Below are positions 48,163-53,927 of a stretch of DNA of 53,927 nt, in pieces. The notes below the pieces were generated by a model. The model was given only the letters and a program-made list of their open reading frames with translations. It ran no database searches and had not been told where the DNA came from. The stretch comes from a virus (lineage: Duplodnaviria; Caudoviricetes), in IMG/VR virus record IMGVR_UViG_3300037585_001389, positions 1 through 53,927 of that record; one strand, given 5' to 3'. Made by a program: the position numbers and the translations under genes. Numbering within the stretch: position 1 is the first letter of the stretch; each line of letters begins with the position of its first letter.

Positions 48163-48332
48163 TATTTTACTGTACTTAGTTGGTTAAACATATGTCTCAT
48201 TTGCTCTTTAGTAGCTCCGGTGCTACGCCTTAAGTTATCGACTGGCTTAAGGTGAGACTGCTTTGAATAAAAGTTTCTAGAACTTGTTGTAATGCCTGTT
48301 ACATCACAGGTCTTTTTTGTTGTTCTTCCCAT
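48162..48332 (-). CDS. small basic hypothetical protein (not in ORF track)
   Basis: MGRTTKKTCDVTGITTSSRNFYSKQSHLKPVDNLRRSTGATKEQMRHMFNQLSTVK*, TAATG-coupled. Confidence 0.6.
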   Translation of the reverse strand: MGRTTKKTCDVTGITTSSRNFYSKQSHLKPVDNLRRSTGATKEQMRHMFNQLSTVK

Positions 48333-48342
48333 GGTTTTTGGT

Positions 48343-49080
48343 TTATAGGGTTGTTGTAGTTAAATGTTGCCTGTGATCAAAATTCTCATCCTTATAGAAT
48401 AAGTCGTACAGCTCACTGGCTTTCTGTACTTTTTCCTTACCTGACTTATAGAAGTTAGGCGAACAGTCAAACAGACCGATCTGATGGGTATTTTTATCGA
48501 TAGCTATAAATAACATATCGTACTCAAACAGGTGTCTGTAAATATAAGCTTGGCTATCATAGTTAAACTTTGACGCAGACCAGCGAAATTTATCTATATC
48601 GCTTGTAGTCTTTAGATCAATAACGAGTTTTTCATCGTGATTAATTATATCAGCCTTACCTTTCCACATATTGTCATATAATCTAACAATACCTGGTTCT
48701 TCATATTGGACATCACCCAACGCTGGTTGGATAAGGTCCCTGCATATATCATTAGCCATCATTTTCTCTACCATCTTTTCGATCATATCAACTTCGTGTT
48801 GTAACAAGCAAACCTCTCCACCAGATATTTCTTTATACTTTTTAGTGTTGCGAGTTGTTGCCTCTATGATCTTAAATGATTTAAGTTTTTCAGGTTCTAA
48901 TATAGCTGTGTGAAAATATCCACCGACTTTAAAGTTTGGATTATCTGGCGTCTTATCGAACAACGCCATAGGGTTTTTTAGCAGTTTACCTATATGTGAA
49001 TTGCTTAGGTATTGGTTACCAAAATCACCGTAGTAATCCTCATCAACTCTTAGTCGATCGATTATCTCTTGTTTATTCAT
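48343..49080 (-). CDS. PD-(D/E)xK exonuclease (RecE/exonuclease VIII-like)
   Basis: YLSNS, GGYFHTAILEP, KGKADI, IDLKTT, YDSQAYIY. Confidence 0.82.
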   Translation of the reverse strand: MNKQEIIDRLRVDEDYYGDFGNQYLSNSHIGKLLKNPMALFDKTPDNPNFKVGGYFHTAILEPEKLKSFKIIEATTRNTKKYKEISGGEVCLLQHEVDMIEKMVEKMMANDICRDLIQPALGDVQYEEPGIVRLYDNMWKGKADIINHDEKLVIDLKTTSDIDKFRWSASKFNYDSQAYIYRHLFEYDMLFIAIDKNTHQIGLFDCSPNFYKSGKEKVQKASELYDLFYKDENFDHRQHLTTTTL

Positions 49081-49642
49081 GACCTTCTAATGCTTCTTCC
49101 TGCTTTTTAGTGAGAGCATACTTTGTTTTAATCGCTGTGAGTTTTCCTCCATTTTGTAAATATTCTTTTGCCTTTTCAAATTGATCAGCAGTAATCTTTG
49201 GCTTCTTAGGCATTGAAGCTTTTAGTTTGTCTAGCACTGTTGAGTCTTTCCCGTGTTTATTAGATGCGTCTGCGTCTTCAGTGTCGTCTATTAGAAATAG
49301 ATTACCTAACGCGTACTTCTTTCCGTAAGTACTTGCGGCACCAAACTGTTGAGAGGTTTGCATACCTTTTTGATTCAGGTCTACACCTACAATAGCTGTT
49401 GCGGAGATTAAATCTTCTCCATCCGTGAAAATTGCTGTAGTTTCGAGCATTGGTACTGGCTGTAACTCTACCATCTTCTCTTGGATAGTTACCGTTACGC
49501 CAAGCTCGATAAGAAACGGTTTTATCGCTTCTAATATATCTTCCGATTTTCGGAAGTAGTATTTACCAAACGAATTGTAGCTAGATTTTTTAGCTTTTAG
49601 CTCTGTTTGGACAAGAGCTAGTTTTAAGTTTAATTCCTTCAT
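49073..49642 (-). CDS. erf: ERF-family ssDNA annealing protein
   Basis: NSFGKYYFRKSEDILEAIKP; QQFGAASTYGKKYALGNLFLIDDTEDADA. Confidence 0.85.
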   Translation of the reverse strand: MKELNLKLALVQTELKAKKSSYNSFGKYYFRKSEDILEAIKPFLIELGVTVTIQEKMVELQPVPMLETTAIFTDGEDLISATAIVGVDLNQKGMQTSQQFGAASTYGKKYALGNLFLIDDTEDADASNKHGKDSTVLDKLKASMPKKPKITADQFEKAKEYLQNGGKLTAIKTKYALTKKQEEALEGHE

Positions 49643-49668
49643 AGGGTTTATGGTTTATGTGTATTTAT

Positions 49669-49696
49669 ATAATTACATGTTTTTTATCATATTTAC
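49669..49696 (-). promoter_or_regulatory. putative phage-sigma promoter (GTAAATA-N11-ATGTAATTAT)
   Basis: Intergenic between the sigma and ERF genes; matches the 19538 element. Confidence 0.55.
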
Positions 49697-49705
49697 ACGA
49701 GTAAG

Positions 49706-50461
49706 CTACAGGAAGTCAATCACTTGCGAGTAATCTACGCTCTCTGTAAGTTTGTCTATTGCTTGCTTTTTTAACTGTGAAACACGCACGTAAGCGCTGT
49801 CACCTTTGATGTTTAATTTATCGGCTATTTGTTTAGCGGATAGCTTATCACAGTGTAGACCATAACTGAACCTTACCACATCAACCTCACGATCCGTAAG
49901 ATGTACATGAAGTAAGCTCAACAAATAAGAGGTTAGCATATCCGGGTTGTAATTACTTATTTTCTCGGGTATCTCAAACGATATATTAGCATCGTCTAAC
50001 ATAGCGTCTAAACTAGCAAACACGGAATTAAAGAACAATTCTATCTGATCTCTATTTTGATCGTCTTTACGTATCTCATTTATCTTATGCTCTGGTATAC
50101 GCATGGTACCTCGCTTGATATCTATAGCTCTACGTATACCACCTTTGATTCGCTTTGAAAGAAAAGACTTCAACCTTTTCTCTGGATCTTCGGCTTCATA
50201 TATAGTTTTCCACGCAATCTTATCAACGGCTACAATAAGATTTAAATTACCTTCTTGTATAAGATCGTTGATAGTCATAACCCCACTAGCTTGTTGTGTA
50301 GTAGAGAATTTACGAGCTAAGTTTTCAGCAAGTGGTAAAAATAATACCACGAGTTCATCACGAGTCATTTCATCCCATGGTCTACAATAATCAACTCGTT
50401 TCACCCACTGTTTTATATCCTTTTTATATCGGATATAATTCTGTACGTTATAACACTTCAT
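49706..50461 (-). CDS. phage-encoded sigma70-family factor
   Basis: Region 2 LPLAENLARKF...DLIQEGNLNLIVAVDK...IRRAI...MRIP; region 4 LTDREVDVVRFSYGL...KQIADKL...RVSQLKKQAIDKL. Confidence 0.88.
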   Translation of the reverse strand: MKCYNVQNYIRYKKDIKQWVKRVDYCRPWDEMTRDELVVLFLPLAENLARKFSTTQQASGVMTINDLIQEGNLNLIVAVDKIAWKTIYEAEDPEKRLKSFLSKRIKGGIRRAIDIKRGTMRIPEHKINEIRKDDQNRDQIELFFNSVFASLDAMLDDANISFEIPEKISNYNPDMLTSYLLSLLHVHLTDREVDVVRFSYGLHCDKLSAKQIADKLNIKGDSAYVRVSQLKKQAIDKLTESVDYSQVIDFL

Positions 50462-50619
50462 TATGTGGTTTTTAATTTGTCTCTAAGTATATTTCTTCGA
50501 GACATTAGTTTACTTAATACTTCTTTATCTTTTTTTCGCTTTAGTTTTCTATCTATAGCGTTAATCTCATCGAGTTTTGCAACCCAATCCTTTTTAACTC
50601 CATTTTTTCGTCTACTCAT
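50461..50619 (-). CDS. small basic hypothetical protein
   Basis: Probable start MSRRKNG at 50619 (ATGA overlap) within the 50461..50664 ORF. Confidence 0.55.
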   Translation of the reverse strand: MSRRKNGVKKDWVAKLDEINAIDRKLKRKKDKEVLSKLMSRRNILRDKLKTT

Positions 50620-50888
50620 TTTCTTTTTTGTTTTAAATATATTACTACCGGGTGTATTATACATATCATTATGCTAAATGATATTAAATACCATTTTGCA
50701 TTAACATCTTCTAGTAATACTATAATACCAATAGAGGTAGATACCCCTAGTATTAATCTTATCAGTATACCGGAATAAATTATAGCTAAAGAAGCTGCTC
50801 CAGGCAATTTACTGGACCATTCTTCAAATATAATACCTATGAAACATATAATACCACCAACTAGTGATCCTAGTGTTGCACCTATCAT
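50616..50888 (-). CDS. small integral membrane protein (about 3 TM)
   Basis: Three hydrophobic stretches; ATGA overlaps on both sides. Confidence 0.6.
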   Translation of the reverse strand: MIGATLGSLVGGIICFIGIIFEEWSSKLPGAASLAIIYSGILIRLILGVSTSIGIIVLLEDVNAKWYLISFSIMICIIHPVVIYLKQKRK

Positions 50889-51508
50889 AATTCTTTATTT
50901 AATAATTCTTTTTCACGCTTAAGATCTTCACACATGTATCTATATATTGTCCTAGACGATACATTTAAGGCATCAGAGATGCGTTTAATTGTAATCTTTT
51001 GGCCTAAGTCATGTATATCTATCATAACCTGATAAATATCATCAGGATGTGTCTTATTTGATCTACCTATTAGTTGTCCTACAATACGTAGTTTCTCTTC
51101 TTTGGTAAGCCCAGAAAAAGTCTTGAAAATAACCTTTCTGAGTTTATTCTTTGGTGGCTCTTTGAGCTCTTGCATGCTGACATCATATACTATTTTTCTT
51201 AATAAATCTGGTGGCATGTTAAAACTAACAAAACCACTTGTTTTAGATGAGATCTCTAAAGCGGTATCCATGAATTCATCTTGACTCATTTTAGGGTTTA
51301 GATACCACAATACTAACAAATGCCACTTAAGGCTCTTGTAAGTTGTTATCTTAGCTGTGCTCTTAAATAGATCATAGCATTGATACGTACCGTTTTCAAA
51401 GAACATATACATATAGTTTTCTATATCAGGTATGTCTGTTATAGGTTCACGTTTATATATAATTCTTCTACGATTTAATATGTCTAAATTTCGTTCGTAC
51501 GTGGACAT
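50885..51508 (-). CDS. DNA-binding protein with C-terminal HTH
   Basis: KITIKRISDALNVSSRTIYRYM. Confidence 0.75.
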   Translation of the reverse strand: MSTYERNLDILNRRRIIYKREPITDIPDIENYMYMFFENGTYQCYDLFKSTAKITTYKSLKWHLLVLWYLNPKMSQDEFMDTALEISSKTSGFVSFNMPPDLLRKIVYDVSMQELKEPPKNKLRKVIFKTFSGLTKEEKLRIVGQLIGRSNKTHPDDIYQVMIDIHDLGQKITIKRISDALNVSSRTIYRYMCEDLKREKELLNKEL

Positions 51509-51534
51509 GAGTGTGTTATATGTTCATTTTAAAC

Positions 51535-51580
51535 TGTGACATTAGCCTGTTACTTATCCTTATTAGGGGCTATTGTCATA
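51535..51580. repeat. imperfect inverted repeat upstream of the HTH gene
   Basis: TGTGACATTAGCC-N20-GGCTATTGTCATA. Confidence 0.65.
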
Positions 51581-51681
51581 CCCTCTGGTTTTAACGTACA
51601 AATAATAATTCTCTTAGAATTATCTTCCTTAATTAGGTTTGAGTTAAATTCGTGAATTAGTTCTATTAGTTCTTTATTCAA
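51550..51681 (-). CDS. small hypothetical protein (TTG start)
   Basis: MNKELIELIHEFNSNLIKEDNSKRIIICTLKPEGMTIAPNKDK*. Confidence 0.35.
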   Translation of the reverse strand: MNKELIELIHEFNSNLIKEDNSKRIIICTLKPEGMTIAPNKDK

Positions 51682-51866
51682 TCTTCTACTTGTTTATTGG
51701 AATTTAATTTGCTAGCTCTAACTAATGCGTCTAAGTTACCATTTTTTAATCGCTCGTTTCTTAGTTGAGCTGTGAGGAGTTCTATAGTTTCTTCCTGAGA
51801 TTCTAAACGCTGGTGTAATTTATCATACAACTCCGCCGCCATTGTTACCATTTTATTTTTAATCAT
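51678..51866 (-). CDS. small coiled-coil protein
   Basis: 62-aa ORF in a tightly packed run. Confidence 0.55.
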   Translation of the reverse strand: MIKNKMVTMAAELYDKLHQRLESQEETIELLTAQLRNERLKNGNLDALVRASKLNSNKQVED

Positions 51867-51867
51867 A

Positions 51868-51975
51868 CTAGTATTTTCTTTTATCTCGTGATTGCTCTAG
51901 TTTATCTAATAGCTTTATAGCTATATCTACACTGATCTCGTCAGCATAATACAAATCATATATTAGTCTTCTCAT
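51868..51975 (-). CDS. small hypothetical protein (not in ORF track)
   Basis: MRRLIYDLYYADEISVDIAIKLLDKLEQSRDKRKY*. Confidence 0.5.
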   Translation of the reverse strand: MRRLIYDLYYADEISVDIAIKLLDKLEQSRDKRKY

Positions 51976-52150
51976 GTAAATAGTTATTGTACAATCTCAT
52001 TGTTTCAGCAAACAGTCTTTTCAAATCTCTGAGCTCATAATCAAATGATGAGTCTCTCATCCAGTGTGCTATAGCCTCAAGCCCTTCCACACATTCCCAT
52101 AAGTCACCACTGCCTTTTATTTTGTAATCTTCTTCGTTAAGTTCTGACAT
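51956..52150 (-). CDS. small hypothetical protein
   Basis: 64-aa ORF in a tightly packed run. Confidence 0.55.
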   Translation of the reverse strand: MSELNEEDYKIKGSGDLWECVEGLEAIAHWMRDSSFDYELRDLKRLFAETMRLYNNYLHEKTNI

Positions 52151-52235
52151 TTTTTTCTATTAATTTAACTAGTTTTTCTATAGCTTTAGCTAGATCTGCG
52201 ATGCTTTTGTACATCATTTCTTCTTTTTTACTCAT
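52137..52235 (-). CDS. small hypothetical protein (not in ORF track)
   Basis: MSKKEEMMYKSIADLAKAIEKLVKLIEKNVRT*. Confidence 0.45.
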   Translation of the reverse strand: MSKKEEMMYKSIADLAKAIEKLVKLIEKNVRT

Positions 52236-53067
52236 AATTTCTTAAACATTTGAACAATGGGTGACGGTAGCTGTTAGCTTTAGTACGCTCGAAGTATGTA
52301 AACGTAGCCATTTGGCCAACCCAGCATTGCATTTTTGTAAAGTTATCTTGTAGGTATTTAAAGTTATCCATAACTGGCATACCAAACTTAACACCTTCAG
52401 AATCTATAGCCATAAACTTACCAATAGTGCCTTTACGTTTGCCTTTACCCTCAACCCAGTCGACTATCATAGCCTCGGAATCGTGGAAATCTTTGAATTT
52501 ACGAAGACTATGTGAACGCTTACACTGGTATTCAGTGTTAAGACGCAATATAGAGCCTTCATAACCTTTATTTAAGAATATCTTATGCAAGCCTAATGCA
52601 TACTTTTCCGCATGAACCTCGTGAGTCTCAACGTGTTTGATGCAAAAATTACGAGGTACATTGAGCTTGATCCACTCATTACGCACGTCAAATCTACTTG
52701 GATTACTAGGTACATCATAGCAGTGAAACTGAACAAGACCAGATGACTCTAGTCTATGGATAGTCGTAGGTTTAGTCTTACGCACGCAAGATACAATCTG
52801 CTCAAAGTTATCACGCAGATCATGGTTGTAAAGCTCGCCATCAAGCACTACATCTGGCTCTAAAGTAAAGAAATGTTGAAGATTAAACAAGATATGTTCA
52901 ATGTTTTTCCACTCTTTACCTGTGCGGGAGTAAGCTGTTACGACACCTTTATCATATTGTATAAGGCAACGAACACCGTCAAGCTTAGGCTGTATATAAA
53001 CTTTCTCATTATAGTCTACTGGTTTTGTGCTAACAGGGTATGCTAGCATTGGTTTGTATTTCATCAT
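52228..53067 (-). CDS. lig: ATP-dependent DNA ligase
   Basis: KPMLA, motif I QPKLDGVRC, LDGELY, FHCYD, YEGSILR, LRKFK, OB-fold ending RHP. Confidence 0.92.
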   Translation of the reverse strand: MMKYKPMLAYPVSTKPVDYNEKVYIQPKLDGVRCLIQYDKGVVTAYSRTGKEWKNIEHILFNLQHFFTLEPDVVLDGELYNHDLRDNFEQIVSCVRKTKPTTIHRLESSGLVQFHCYDVPSNPSRFDVRNEWIKLNVPRNFCIKHVETHEVHAEKYALGLHKIFLNKGYEGSILRLNTEYQCKRSHSLRKFKDFHDSEAMIVDWVEGKGKRKGTIGKFMAIDSEGVKFGMPVMDNFKYLQDNFTKMQCWVGQMATFTYFERTKANSYRHPLFKCLRNYE

Positions 53068-53070
53068 GTC

Positions 53071-53098
53071 ATTATTATCCTTCTTTATTCGTATTTAG
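53071..53098 (-). promoter_or_regulatory. putative promoter variant (CTAAATA-N11-GGATAATAAT)
   Basis: Same TAAATA-N14-TAAYWAT geometry as the 19538 and 49669 elements; upstream of the ligase-to-sigma gene run. Confidence 0.45.
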
Positions 53099-53520
53099 TT
53101 TGTGTTTTGAATACAAGCTGAACCACATAGATTGGGATCCATATCACCGCATTCACATCTATTGCATCTTGGTATCTCATGTCTTTCATCAAATCTATCC
53201 AACAGCATATCTGGTGTACCTACGAAGATACATTTAGAGAAGCTCTCATCTTTAAATATACTAATCCACGGTTCTGTTTTACCATGACACTGCCATATAT
53301 AATACATATACTCTATATCACCATGTACTAAATCAAGAGGTTCAACCTCCCAATCTAAAAGTTTACGATAATTAGTAAACGATTCTGCAATTTCTACACC
53401 TAACCCTTCAGGATAACCATCGTGGTGTCTGTAAAACTGCGCATTCCATTGATGTGGGTGTTCGTTAAACGATACACCTTCTTCGCGTTTAGCAAATCTT
53501 ATTGTTGCTCTAGTTGACAT
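53095..53520 (-). CDS. hypothetical protein (MSTR...YRHHDGYP type)
   Basis: MSTRATI, YRHHDGYPEGLG, HGDIEYMY; Cys-rich tail. Confidence 0.7.
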   Translation of the reverse strand: MSTRATIRFAKREEGVSFNEHPHQWNAQFYRHHDGYPEGLGVEIAESFTNYRKLLDWEVEPLDLVHGDIEYMYYIWQCHGKTEPWISIFKDESFSKCIFVGTPDMLLDRFDERHEIPRCNRCECGDMDPNLCGSACIQNTN

Positions 53521-53692
53521 CAGTATTTATATGCCCTGCTTCTATTAAGTCTGCCATTGTACGACCAAACCACCCTTGCAGGTTAAGGTGTAGTCTTTTG
53601 TCGTAAATATGTTGCCAAGCTTCTATAACTTGGTCTTCGTTCTCGGCTTCTTCAAAGCCCTCGGCTATTCCAACCGCCATGTAATCTGTCAT
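53510..53692 (-). CDS. small hypothetical protein
   Basis: AWQHIYD...LQGWFGRTMADLIEAG. Confidence 0.6.
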   Translation of the reverse strand: MTDYMAVGIAEGFEEAENEDQVIEAWQHIYDKRLHLNLQGWFGRTMADLIEAGHINTDVN

Positions 53693-53775
53693 TATTCTTT
53701 AAATTTTCTTTTTGATTCTACTATTTGCTCGCCTAGTATATAAGCTACTAGTATTCCGTATGCTATGTATACCAT
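53692..53775 (-). CDS. tiny membrane peptide
   Basis: MVYIAYGILVAYILGEQIVESKRKFKE*, coupled by TGATG/TAATG overlaps. Confidence 0.4.
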   Translation of the reverse strand: MVYIAYGILVAYILGEQIVESKRKFKE

Positions 53776-53927
53776 CAATCTATCAGTGTCATATAAGCGC
53801 TAGGGTTATTAGCTAAAATCCAATCACCACCTTTCTGCATAATATCATAGCAGCGGTCGATATCCATAGCGACACCCATTTGGATTACCATTTCAGCACC
53901 CCTAACTAAGTCATACATGCTTAATTC
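53775..53927 (-). CDS. 3' part of a hypothetical protein (truncated by window)
   Basis: ELSMYDLVRGAEMVIQMGVAMDIDRCYDIMQKGGDWILANNPSAYMTLID*. Confidence 0.55.
   Translation of the reverse strand, partial: ELSMYDLVRGAEMVIQMGVAMDIDRCYDIMQKGGDWILANNPSAYMTLID

Noticed and set aside
1-53927. Stop-codon reassignment as in some crAss-like phages
   Set aside because: Genes are long and tightly packed under the standard code; TAG and TGA both serve as real stops (e.g. 38680, 1037)

Overview
The window is about 54 kb of a lytic dsDNA podovirus with a crAss-like virion module. The host is most likely a (marine) Bacteroidota/Flavobacteriia bacterium, inferred from a type IX secretion tail and AT-rich leaders without Shine-Dalgarno sites. 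There are two convergent arms. The + arm (1-41604) carries a GroES-like gene, terminase, portal, scaffold, major capsid, ring/tail-stabilisation proteins, ejection proteins including a 3359-aa polyvalent protein, a four-gene cell-envelope module, tail fibres, an RMT2/GAMT-like methyltransferase and an M15 endolysin. The - arm (41658-53927) carries class II RNR, a resolvase, NTP pyrophosphatases, a thymidylate-synthase-family enzyme with the dCMP-type Asp, primase-helicase, SSB, exonuclease, ERF, a sigma factor, an HTH protein, ligase and small early genes. Four candidate novelties stand out: (1) the giant ejection protein has no RNAP catalytic motif but has a sigma70-like segment, alongside a free-standing phage sigma and a repeated bipartite promoter TAAATA-N14-TAAYWAT; (2) a phage-encoded OM beta-barrel / thioredoxin-fold / T9SS-cargo module; (3) a probable modified-cytosine pathway; (4) a eukaryote-like RMT2 methyltransferase coupled to tail-fibre genes. 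All assignments come from reading motifs by eye; no database searches were run.
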